Positions 1-11,475 of a DNA stretch of 64,000 nt are shown in pieces. The position numbers and the translations under genes are program-made. The stretch comes from Azolla caroliniana (lineage: Eukaryota; Plantae; Polypodiophyta). The notes beneath the pieces were generated by a model. That model was not told the origin of the DNA, did no database searches, and saw only the letters and a program-made list of their open reading frames with translations. Within the stretch, counting starts at the first letter, position 1. Each line of letters starts with the position of its first letter. The stretch covers positions 8,184,001 through 8,248,000 of the forward strand of contig JBHGNT010000017.1 in NCBI GenBank assembly GCA_043228905.1. Reading direction: 5' to 3'.

Positions 1-2613
1 TTCCATGAATACTATGTCTTGACTCTGTAATACCTTCTTGTCGACCAAGTCATACAGTCGGTAGCCAAACTCATAATCACCATATCCAAGGAATATGCAT
101 GGCCAGGACTTCGGATCCAACTTTGCTCTCTTGTCCTTTGCAACATGCACCTAAGCAAGATAGCCGAACACCTTTAGATGCCGGTAAGACACGTCTTTAC
201 CGGTCCATACTTTCCGTGGTGTGTCTCCGCACAAGGGCGTTGATGGTGATCTATTTATCACATACGTTGTTGTCATCAGTGCCTCAGCCCAAAACGTCTT
301 GGATAACTTGGCATGTGCCAGCATACTCCGTTAAGCTCTGGTGTCTTCAGCACAGTGAATTCGAGCCGGATTCCATTCGACCGGCAATACTCCTCGAACT
401 ACCCCCGGTATTCTTCTTCATTATCCGCTCGAACCGCTTTCATCTTTCGGCCGGTTTCCCTTTCCACTTTCGCGTGGAGGTCCTTGAAGACGGACAATAC
501 CTAATCCTTCGTCTTCAACGGTGAGACCCATAGCTTTCGGTTGTGATCGTCTATGAACGTCACGAAGTACTGCAATCCGGCATGTGACTTCGTGTCCACT
601 CGGCATACGTCGGTATGCACAAGTTCCAACGGTGCATTCCATCTTGACAGTGGTCGGGTTTGAAAGGAGGTTTGGTTCTGCTTGCCAGCCAAGCCATCGA
701 TGCATCTCTCAAGTTGTATGTCTTTCACTTCCGGAATGATGTTATCCTCGGCAAGTTTTCACATTCCTTTCTTACTCATATGGCACAACCTCTTGTGCCA
801 TGGCTCACTGGCATTGTTGGATGCTATGTTCACTTCTTCCCGACATATCCGGGCATGCATCAGGTACAATGTGTTGATCTTCTGGGTTCGGGCCATGATC
901 AGGCTTCCTTTGCTAAACTTCATGACTCCGTTCCGGATGCTACCCTTGTAGCCTTCATCATCCAGCCGACTAGCTAATATCAGGTTCAACCGAACCTCCG
1001 GAACATGTTGAACATCTTTCAGTCACAACTTGCACCCGGTTGATGTCATCAACCACACATCTCCTATGCCAATAATTCAGCATGCACTGTCATTTCCCAT
1101 CCGGACAGAAATGTGAGCTCCGGCTCTGTAAGATGAGAAGCACTTCCAGTCGGGGGTCAGATGGAACGACGCACCAGACTCGACCACCCACGTCATTTCA
1201 TTGCTGACAAGATGCAGCTCACTCTCCTCAGTGATGAGCAACACTTCTTCTTCACTTGTCGCGATTGCCGACGTTCCTTTCCGATCCAAACTTCTCTGGT
1301 CCGGACCCTTCTTCGAGTCGGTGTTGTTAGTTCCTTTCTCCTTCCGGAAGTGTCGGCAATTCTTCTAGAAGTTCCCTGGCTTTCCGCAATAAAAGCAAGT
1401 GGGCCTCCCCCTTGACTTCGACCTCGTCCCCGATTTGTCCCAGTTTTGGGGACTCTGATTTCGGCCTCTTCCCCCGGTTATGGTCATCTTCCGTGACCAA
1501 GGCATTCAGATCAGTTCTGGACTATTGGTCCTTCCGGCAAGCTTCTTCATCTAGCAAGCTTGATTATACCCTTGCTAGGGACAATTGTTTTACTTCCGGC
1601 TTGGTGTTGCCCAAAGTGACACTAGCGTCTCCCAACTATCCGGGCGGGAACCGAGCAAGACCAACTCAAATACCTATCAGCCAGAGGTACTTCCAGCGAG
1701 GATGTTTGATTTATGAGCCCCTGGAAAGCATGCATGTGCTCCGCCATGCTGGATCCATCTTGGTATCGAAATCTCACTAACTTCTGGAATACCAAAACCC
1801 GATTTACGACATTCTTGCTCTCTAGCATGGCTCCGATTTTCTCCTAGAGCTCATTTGCCTTATTCTCTTCATTGAAATTATTGTACAGGCTCATGTCGAT
1901 GAAGCATCTTGTGTATGTCGTCATCTTCATATGCATCACCTTCCAGGTCGCGTCATCGATCTTGTCTGGCCTTTTGTCCCCAAACATTACTGGTAGCCAG
2001 AGATTTTTAACCACTAGCATGTCCCTCATCTTCGACTTCCACTCTAGGTAGTTGGAACTGGTGAGCTTGAACATGCTACCAAATTATTCTTCCATTTTTC
2101 TTTCTTTGTTTGAAGTTTACGACTTCGCTCTGATACCAGTTTGTGCGGAATAATGCTCGACCACAACCGAGTATTACTCACTCAAAGGAAGAAAATAGAA
2201 AATAGAAATGATAGACACAAGATGTTAACATGGAAAACCCTAAGAGGGAAAAACCACGGGACCCCACTGACTCCAACTATCTCTATGAGAAGAGGGTACA
2301 ATGCGAGACTCGGAGGCAACAACCTCGAGCTCTATGTCTTCGCCAACCGGTGATTACAACAGAAAAGCTTTTTGTATCTCACGATCTCTCTCCTATTGTC
2401 ACGGTCTCTCTGTCTATACAACAATATCTTTATATACATCATCATAATAAGTGCTTGCCCTAAGTCACATTTATACTTATATGAATTTAGGACTATTTAC
2501 AAATATGGTCATGACAAGCACACTAGGAACATATTTACAGATATGTTCCTAGATCCGGTTCACATCCGATCCGGCTCCTCCGGTTCTCATCCGGAGGGAC
2601 CAAATTACCAACA
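1..2613 (-). mobile_element. Degenerate Ty1/copia LTR retrotransposon, 5' part (LTR, PBS, gag, protease, integrase); runs off the window start
   Basis: Minus-strand fragments MFKLTSSNY..(gag), WVVESGASFH (protease), PLELVHTDVC..FIDDH (integrase), with many stops and frameshifts. PBS TGGTATCAGAGC (tRNA-iMet) at 2138-2127. LTR about 2142-2613, starting TGTTGG on the minus strand. Same family as the elements at 42018 and 62919. Confidence 0.9.
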
Positions 2614-3089
2614 AAATGAACATCATAAAACATAAGTATATCAAGTGCTTTTGTTGATAAGTCTTCAAGATGACCCACCAATCGAAACAACCCAATGGGT
2701 GGATGCTTTTGAAGACATCATGTTTGGTTACCCATATGGGTAGATACTAGAAACAATGTCAAAATACAAACCAAATCAAATAAAATAAAAAAGCATATAT
2801 CATAAGTCATCAACATATATACCTAGTGTATATGGAGACCCCTGTAAATAGAGATTCACAATAAAAAAAAAATTCACTAGATAAGGTCATCCAAAATATT
2901 GTGAAATACACATAGAGAGGATTGGAATCAGTTTGTCTCATTTATTCTGTCATGCTTAATTTATAGCTGATACAAAGATACCTGTTTGGGTTGGTTTGGC
3001 TGCTAACTATAGGCTCATGTGCTTGTTAATCTTCAGGTAGTTACTAAAGGTGGCACAAATCTAGGTAGGTCAATTAGGTGGATATTGGT

Positions 3090-4540
3090 AACGCCGCATT
3101 TGTCCCCTGAGAAAAACAAAGAGTTTATGGCACGGTTAAATGACAAGTGCCACTAGATGGGATGGGGTGGTATAGGGCTTGATGCGAGCAATGTGGGCGG
3201 CGGTGACTCGGCCGTTGGAGTTGTATCGGAGCAAGTAAGTAGTGGATTTCATGATGTGAACTATGGTGAAAGGGCCAATCCATCGGTGCATGAAGGTTTC
3301 ATTGAGGTCGCGCGCTGGACCGGGAAGTAAATAAGTACTTTGTTGCCCTTGGAATAAGTTGGGATAATTCGACCCACATTGTAGTGCCGCTTCTAGCATC
3401 GTTGTGCAATCTGCAAGTTTAGGGAATTGGCTTGCCGAAGTAGTGGGAGCATAGGTTGGAGATAGATCCCCCAAGTGGCACCATCCGTGTGGGCAAGTCT
3501 AGAATGGACATTGATGGACGACTCTGGTGGGTGGCAACGGTCGCACCCGTAGAGTGCCTGAATGGGGCTAATCTTGGTTGACACCTACACTGATGTGTTG
3601 TAGGCATGGGTGACAAAGAACAGTTTCATGTAGTGGATTTGTGATATCTTGCTTGAGGGCCTTGTTGAGTCATCCGGTGAGGCCATTTGTTTGTGGGTGG
3701 TATGGGGACATAAATACCTGTTGGACCCCTCGTTGAGTTGCGATGGCTTTAAGAGTTGGTGGGGCAACAGTGTTGGAAAATCACCTTGTGTAACAATTGG
3801 GTTCGGATAGCATGCAATCTTCAATGCATTAAGCGATGAGGATACCCTCATTGAACATCTTGTGACCTTGGTCCCGGGCACAGTGGGTGATTTCATGATG
3901 CAGATGGGGCCACAAGAAGAAAAGCTTGACGTGCTCAAGCATAGTTGGATCAACACTAATCAGTAGTTGATGTAATTGGACAACAAATTGTTCCATTGGT
4001 TTGTGCACTTGTTGTTGCAACATCTCGAGTTGCTGCAGCACCATCTGTGTTGAATTCTAATGGGCGAAGTTTTTCACGAGGTGATCCCTGAGGATTGCCT
4101 AGTTCTCTTTCAATTCGCTTGCTTGCCGCACGAACCAGGTGGTTGTGACGATCTCCAGGAGAGTGCGAACTTCCAAAGCTTTGTCATGTCGAGCCATTAG
4201 TGGATTGGTGGTAAGTAGAGATCATTTCGAAGTGGTCCAACCAAGCTAATCCATCCTCAGAGAGCGGGTTGGAGAAAGGTTTTGGGTAGACCTTGGAATC
4301 GAGTTGATCATGAGATTAATCAAAGTTGGCGGAAAGGAAGGAGAGCATAGCCTAATTCGTGTGGTTGACTTGAATCATGGCATTGGAGAGGATTTGCAGG
4401 AGTTGCTATTTGGAAGGGTGGTGCGCGCTCGTGAAGTTGCAGGAACTCAGGGTGCATGGGGGTATTGTCTTTTGAGGCCACGTGAAGGGGTTGGGAGGCC
4501 ATGAACAAGGCGGCGGCTAGCGGCTAAGACTAGGCTCATC
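3090..4540 (-). mobile_element. Highly decayed Ty3/gypsy remnant (gag- and integrase-like fragments)
   Basis: Minus-strand fragments such as RWIGPFTIV..TYLL (integrase C-terminus) and SPIQALYG. Borders are not resolvable. Confidence 0.55.
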
Positions 4541-4578
4541 GGCTCCACTAGTATATGAAATGCACATAGAGAGGATCG

Positions 4579-7145
4579 TGTTACTCGGTCGGCAAAGGAG
4601 TAAAGACCAGAATGTGAAAGGGATGGTTATTCGGAATATATTTTAATTAAGTAGAGTAGATTATAATTATGTAGTGAACGGACGGACCGGAATCGGTATG
4701 TCGATCCGGATCCGGACCGGTTCCGAACAGGTGCCGGTTGGCACCGTTTTGTACGCAGCACCGGTGACCTATATAAAGGCCCGGTTACAATGTAAAACTT
4801 TAACGGAGAATTAATATAAGCTTCTTGTTTTATCTTCACGTATTGATTACCGTTCTGTATTAATTGTGATATCTTACGCGTGTATTAAGTGAATGGCTTA
4901 TTGCTAAGTAGCCAATTAAGTCGAATTAATCGTTGTGTCTCAAGTTATCTCGTCATAACACCCCTTTGGTGAAGTGTCTTCCGGAGACACCCTGTGTTAG
5001 GCCATTGTCCGGCCCTAAGGATTAACACAGTTTTTGGCGAGCACGATTCCTGCACAATCGCAGCGAACATCGGCGGGAATGGATGACACGACCAACGAAC
5101 GACCCGGTTACGGAGCGAGCAAGGAGACTTGCTGAACGACTGAGGAAGCGAGAGGCTTTCCAGCAAGGGGTAGAAGAAATCAAAGCGGATTGCTCATTTT
5201 CCAAGGTGATCCGGAGAGTGGCCAAGGAGTCACTTCGGTTACCACAAAACGCCTACCCAGACGAAGGAAGCAGCCTAAGCAACCTCCAGGAAGCGGAATC
5301 CCTTCTCCAGGTATTGGCAGCGGAGGAAGGCGAATCCGAAGCATTTTCGGCATTTGAATCGGGTTCGGATGGGGAATACATCACGCAGACGAACTACCGC
5401 AGCAGTAACGACACCCCAGGCGGACCAGAGGACGAGTCGGATACCTTGCCGACACCGGAACCAGAATTGACAAGGCTGGAAACTCCAATACCAGAAGTTG
5501 ACCACACTTCGGAACCAGAAGTCGAGGACAAGAGACCTCCGACACCGGAAGTCGAGGAGGATAAGCCTCCGACACCGAAAGAGGAGCAGGAAAGATCTCC
5601 GATGATGACAAAAGACCGGGAAAAACCTCTGACACCAAAAGAGGAACGACCACCGACACCACTAGCCCGTGTACCGACACCAGACAACGATATGCTGTTC
5701 CAATATCCCAGATACCGGGATGATCCGGACGCGGAAGCACACGTCTATGCGTTTCAGCAGACCTGGGAGGCAAACCATGTGTCCCAACGCTTGAATGCAA
5801 CCGAAGAGGAACGCTCAAAAAGAGCAGAGTTCGGAATGACCTTGGAGGGACCGGCCGCCAGATGGCACCAAACACAAGATCCCAGCACCATCCGCACGTT
5901 TGAAACATTAAAGAAAAAAAAATTGCATTTCTTTCACAAGGAGATGGACCAGCAGGAAATGGTAGGCTTATTTTACAATATCCGGCAGGAACCAACGGAG
6001 AACATTCAACAGTTTGTCATCCGGTTCCAGCGGATCCACAGTCAGCTCAGCCAAACACCACCGGAGAAAGAAACAAAGGCCATATTCTTAGCAGCCCTCC
6101 GGGAACCCTTACGTATGGTGTGCACCGTTATTGATTTCCGCACCAGCAGCATAGATCAAGTGATCGACCGAGTTCGGGAAATCGAAACCTCAAGTTCATG
6201 GCTAACCATGGGCGCACTTCAGCGTGCACTACCAACAAAAGAGGACCTTCGTTTCCGGCAATCAGTTCAATGTACGACATGCCTGAATGCCGGACATTCG
6301 GCGCTGGAATGCACCATGCGTTCCCAATGCTTGCTCTGCCACTCCAGAAGTCACACAATGGAACGGTGTGAGTATAACTTGTTAAATCGGCAAGCACCAC
6401 CGGTCCGACAAATTGAACCACGGAGCAACCAGGAGGAAGAAGAAGAACGTTGGTGGCGAGAGGAGCGCTACCAACCGGCACAAGATGTCCGGTACAGGGA
6501 TCGAAGAGACGCTTATGACCGATATGATAGACAGGATAGATACCGGGACTATAATGGACGGTACGAGAGATACAACCGGGATCACTCCCCTGGTTACAAC
6601 CACCGAAGGGACAACTATGGCAAGTATGACGACCAACATCGTCAAGGTTACCGAAACAAAAAGAATTTCAAGAAACCTCATTTCAACAAAAAGGGGGGTC
6701 ATCCACGGGAACCGGAAAAGGGCGCTCCAAGCAGCCAACTGGACCAAAACCAAGCACTTACCACAGGACCTCCACCAAGCACACACACCGAATCCAGCAA
6801 CACCCGGAAGCCGTACTGCTATTATTGCCGGCAAGAAGGCCACTATAGTAATCAATGTCCGGTGAAGAGCTACGACAAGCGACCATCGGTAAACATGGTA
6901 GACGCGGAAGTCGCAGACATACAACAAGTTACTACAAGATCAAAAGGAAAAGCCACGGAGTGGGAAACTCAAGAAGCCATCCGGAAGCAGGCAACCGAAT
7001 GGGTGAAGAAGGCAAATCAGCGGAATACGGCAGAGCTCGAACAACAAAAAGAGAATGCCAAAGAGCTCACCGGCCCGAGGCAGCCCGAAAACCCAACATG
7101 GCAGGCGTTACAAGAATGCCAAATAACGCTACGTTAGGCCGGCTA
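4579..7145 (+). mobile_element. Ty3/gypsy-like element, 5' part (LTR about 4579-5029, PBS-like TGGCGAGC at 5035, gag); truncated by the assembly gap
   Basis: TGTTAC...TAACA(CA) block with a TATATAAA box, followed by a TGG-initiated PBS-like motif and a long gag ORF. Confidence 0.75.
5083..7137 (+). CDS. Retrotransposon Gag protein (684 aa) with three CCHC zinc knuckles
   Basis: Retrotrans_gag-like core (LEGPAARW..F..IRQ..E.IQQF..RF) and knuckles CTTCLNAGHSALEC, CLLCHSRSHTMERC, CYYCRQEGHYSNQC. Confidence 0.85.
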   Translation: MTRPTNDPVTERARRLAERLRKREAFQQGVEEIKADCSFSKVIRRVAKESLRLPQNAYPDEGSSLSNLQEAESLLQVLAAEEGESEAFSAFESGSDGEYITQTNYRSSNDTPGGPEDESDTLPTPEPELTRLETPIPEVDHTSEPEVEDKRPPTPEVEEDKPPTPKEEQERSPMMTKDREKPLTPKEERPPTPLARVPTPDNDMLFQYPRYRDDPDAEAHVYAFQQTWEANHVSQRLNATEEERSKRAEFGMTLEGPAARWHQTQDPSTIRTFETLKKKKLHFFHKEMDQQEMVGLFYNIRQEPTENIQQFVIRFQRIHSQLSQTPPEKETKAIFLAALREPLRMVCTVIDFRTSSIDQVIDRVREIETSSSWLTMGALQRALPTKEDLRFRQSVQCTTCLNAGHSALECTMRSQCLLCHSRSHTMERCEYNLLNRQAPPVRQIEPRSNQEEEEERWWREERYQPAQDVRYRDRRDAYDRYDRQDRYRDYNGRYERYNRDHSPGYNHRRDNYGKYDDQHRQGYRNKKNFKKPHFNKKGGHPREPEKGAPSSQLDQNQALTTGPPPSTHTESSNTRKPYCYYCRQEGHYSNQCPVKSYDKRPSVNMVDAEVADIQQVTTRSKGKATEWETQEAIRKQATEWVKKANQRNTAELEQQKENAKELTGPRQPENPTWQALQECQITLR

Positions 7146-7245
7146 NNNNNNNNNNNNNNNNNNNNNNNNNNNNNNNNNNNNNNNNNNNNNNNNNNNNNNN
7201 NNNNNNNNNNNNNNNNNNNNNNNNNNNNNNNNNNNNNNNNNNNNN
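7146..7245. other. Assembly gap (100 N)
   Basis: Run of exactly 100 N. The sequences on the two sides belong to different elements. Confidence 0.99.
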
Positions 7246-8305
7246 AAAACCTGTGACTACCCCTCTTGAACGTAATCTCAAGATCGATGCCAGCTCTGGC
7301 ACGGCCGCGAGCGAGTCGACTCAGTATCGTCAATTGATCGGCAGTCTAATCTACCTAACCATTACGTGACCCAACCTCAGTTATTCGGTCGGCCTACTTA
7401 GCCAATTCAATGCAGAATCCAAGAAACCTTCACCTTGATTGCGCTAAGAGGATACTACGGTATGTCAGCACAACAGTGGACTATGGCATCTTGTTTAAAT
7501 CGAATACGACCATTCGACTTGAAGGATACACAAACGCGGATTGGGCAGGATACAAAGCGGATAGACAATCCACATCTGGATTCGTCTTCTCCCTCGGCAA
7601 CGGAGCGATCTCCTGGAGCAGCAAGAAACAACCGACAGTCGCACTGTCGAGCACGGAAGTCGAATACAGGGGCGCAGCAGTCGCCGCATGCGAAGCTGTA
7701 TGGCTTAAGCGTATACTAAAAGATCTAGGCGTATCCATCAAAGATCCAATATGCCTGTACTGCGACAACATGAGTAGTATCTACCTCGCGTGTAACCCCG
7801 TATTTCACGCGCGGACTAAACACATCGAAGTGCACTACCACTTCATCCGCAAGCGCGTTTAGGCCGGAGAAATTGACCTCCAACACATCAGCACGCACCT
7901 ACAAGTCGCTGATATCTTTACAAAGGCCTTAGGCATCCACAAGCTCAAGCAATTTGCATCAGATCTTGGTCTCACGTCGTCCACATTGCCGAGCTTGAGG
8001 GCGAGTACGCAGACGCAGCACGGATAGGCTACGCAATACGCAACACAGGCGACTAGACAAGTCGAAGTACGAACCGAACGACTTTCCGACAGATGGAAGT
8101 TGTGTTCAAAGGGGTGTGTTGAGAATCGAACTCAACTTCCCATAGATAGGTTTCACACTAGCTCATGGATATTCCATGCTAGTTTTGTAAATAGTAGAAA
8201 GGGCGCTTGCCCTAGCTTAGTTGGTATATAAACCAACTCATTGTAACTTAGTTAATGTTGGATGTATTTTGTTTCGTTAATATAATATACTCTTTTGTCT
8301 ATCTC

Positions 8306-8383
<78 letters not shown>

Positions 8384-8454
8384 TTATTACACATACACAC
8401 ACCTACGTTCACCTTCCGCTGCATTGCAATCACCACAGACTTCATTTCCTAACA
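7246..8454 (+). mobile_element. Ty1/copia 3' end (RT end, RNase H, PPT, 3' LTR 8117-8454)
   Basis: GYTNADWAG..STSG..ISWSSKKQ..ALSSTE.EY..CDN..FHARTKHIEVHYHF. Purine tract, then TGTTGAGAATC...CCTAACA. The LTR start matches those at 30102 and 34246. Confidence 0.9.
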
Positions 8455-10336
8455 AAGGCGAGCTAGAGTGTTATGATGAAGCCATTGCCGATGAGAACAG
8501 AGAGAAATGGTTGAACACGATGCAAGATGAGAGGGACTCCTTGCACGAAAACTACACCTACTACTTGGTAGAACTACCGAAAGGTAAGAGAGCACTCAGG
8601 AATAAATGGGTCTACAAGGTGAAGACTGAAGAAGTCGACAATGCTCCTAGGTATAAAGCCCCCATTGTTGTGAAGGATTTCCAACAAAAAAAGGGCATCG
8701 AATTTGACGAATTATTCGCTCCAGTCGTGAAGATGACATTCATTAGAACTGTTCTGAGCATAACTGCTAGCATGGATCTGGAGATCGAACAGTTGGATGT
8801 CAAGACGACATTCTTGCACAGGGAGTTGGATGAAGAGATCTACATGTAGCAACCCGAAGGCTTTGTGGAGAAAGGGAAAGAGAATCTCGTGTGTTGACTG
8901 AAGAAAAGCTTGTACGGCCTAAAACAAGCTCCACGCCAACGGTACAAGAAGTTCGAGTCATTCATGGTGGAACATGGGTTCCAGAAAACACAAGTTGATC
9001 ACTGTGTGTTCGTCAAAAGGTACGATGAAAGTGACTTCTTGATTCTCTTATTATATGTTGATGACATGTTGATAGTCGTTCAAGATACAAGGAAGATCGG
9101 AAGCTTGAAGAAAGCTTTAGGTAAGTCGTTTGCCATGAAGGATCTTGGTCTGGCTAAAAAGATCTTAGGGATGCACATAGTTCGGGACAGAACTAAGAAA
9201 GTGTTGTGGTTGTCACAAGAGAAATACGTGATGAAGATCCAAGAAAGATTCAACATGACAGAAGCAAAGCCGATCGACTCTACATTACCGACTAACTGCA
9301 AGTTAAATGCAAGGAAATGCCCGAGAAGGGAGGAAGAAAAGGCTGAGATGAGGAAAGTGCCATATGCCTCGGTCATTGGCAGTCTAATGTATGTTATGGT
9401 CTGCACGAGACCAGACATGGCCTTTATTGTGGGAACAATAAGCCGATACATGAGTAATCTAGGAAGATAACACTAGGGAGCGGTGAAGTGGATACTTAGG
9501 TACTTGAAAGGCACCTCGAGGGTATGCCTAAGGTATGGTGTCGAAAAACCCATGCTCGAAGGGTTTACCGACTCGAACATGTCGGGGGAGGTAGATTCAA
9601 GCTGATCCACGTCAATGGATCCGACATGCTGACAAAGAACCTACCGATGGACGGACTCATAGTCTATCAACTGAAGACAGGACTAACTAACTCCCTCCCA
9701 CATGAGTGACGGGGGAGTTTGTTGGGAATATATCCCTCCCGTGGGAGAAGCCGACTGTCTAGAAGTAGCCGACAATCGAAGACAAGGTAGAGCTGATTGT
9801 CTGGAAGTAGCTGACAGTCGAAGACAAGGAAGAGCCAACTGTTCGGGCCGAGGAGAGCCGACAGTCAAAGAGTTAACAAATAGGGAGTCGGCTGATTAAC
9901 TGTTGACTATTATTATTAGAGTTATAATAATAGTATCGATGTGTAGTAGGGGCTACACTTGTAATTAGCCCATATGATGTATTAGTATAAATACGCCTAG
10001 GGCAAATGTATAGAAGTGAGTGTGATCCTCTGTTGTAGTGAAAAGACAGAGAAGAGTGTGAACGGGGTGAGAGACTGTGTGAGCGGTGCCATAGATGTGT
10101 TCTGTAAGAGCCATGCGTGGTTGATACACTTAGATGAAAGAGTGTTGTACTCTAATCCCATCCTTGTACCATTATATATAGAGAAGCTCCATTCTCTATG
10201 GTTTTCTCCCACTTTATGGTTTCCACGTAAAAACAGTGCACATTGTCTTTTGTGTTTCCCAATAGTGTATTTCAGCGCATTCCTTTTATTGTGGATTGAC
10301 GATCCGTTTCTCGACACAATTGTCTTTTGGCACACA
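8455..10336 (+). mobile_element. Degenerate Ty1/copia 3' part (RT, deleted RNase H, PPT, 3' LTR about 9720-10336)
   Basis: QLDVKTTFLH, LYGLKQAP, LLYVDDML motifs. PPT GGGGGAG at 9711. LTR starts TGTTGGG at 9720 and contains 42-bp tandem units. Confidence 0.88.
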
Positions 10337-11475
10337 TGTTACATACGATGCATGACATTTATGTTACTCATTTGAGTCAGCATGTATAGAATATACTTGG
10401 TGCTTGATATAAAAGGTTATAGGTTCAAGCCTCACAAATGTCACTTGATATAACATTTGAATTTGTTTTTATATCATGAAGTAACTGCTTCACGACAACG
10501 CATGTTGAAGACGACAACGATCTGCAACACTTTTGCTATTGCTTGTTGTAAATGACTTGTTTAATCATTCATTGCAACATGAATGTAAATAAAACAAAAG
10601 ATGTAAATTTATAAATAATTATCGAATCATCATGGTTGGCTCACTAATGGCAAAAGTATTTGAATGTATGATAGAACCAAAGGTAAGTGCAGCAAAATTG
10701 GTAAGAGAGCTTATGGACAAACTTACTTTTGAAAACACCGTAGTGCCATCGATTACCTTGTCACCCTTCGAGTATCAATGGAAGAAAGTCGCTTGAAGAG
10801 TAAGGGTTTATATTGTTGCTCCAGTTGGTGTCTCAATGGGTATGCTCATGAATTAACATCTCATAAATATCTTAGTACCATACAATTTTAGCTTCTTTTA
10901 AAAGGCGTCGAATCATAAATATACCATGGAATCCTTTCTTTGGGTACTACCAAGCAGAAGTTTCCAATCGAGAAAAATGCACATATGTTATGTTTATTAA
11001 GTAGAATTGGAATCCACACACTAAAAGAGGTGTGATGGCATCAAACGAGGAGCGGAGAACGTTATCTATATGATCCCGAAATCCGGACAAGGTGTGATGG
11101 CAGTCATCGAACCCGTGGAAATGGATTGTGTGTATGTCTGTGTGCGTGTGTGTGTATTTTATATGTGGGGTCAATGTTAATAATTTCACAAAGCTATTAT
11201 TATTATGGATGGGGGTCATAAGATTTTCACAAGCAAAGAAGAAACCGATAGACCCCTCAAACAAAGATAACAAAAATCGAATCAAATATCAAGACTTGAA
11301 GAACCCACCCACATCAGGAAACTCGAAGCTCCTCTCTCTCTCTCACAGACAGAGGTCCGCAGATCGAAGCGCTGCAGCCCTATGGGCCTTCAAAAAGCTT
11401 TTTTGTTTTCTCACCATTAAATCTGTGGTCCTCCTCCTCCTTCGTCATCATCTCTTCTTCTGCGCTCAAGTCTCC

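Noticed and set aside
7137-7260. Gypsy-gag/copia-RT chimeric element
   Set aside because: The two parts are separated by an unsized assembly gap.
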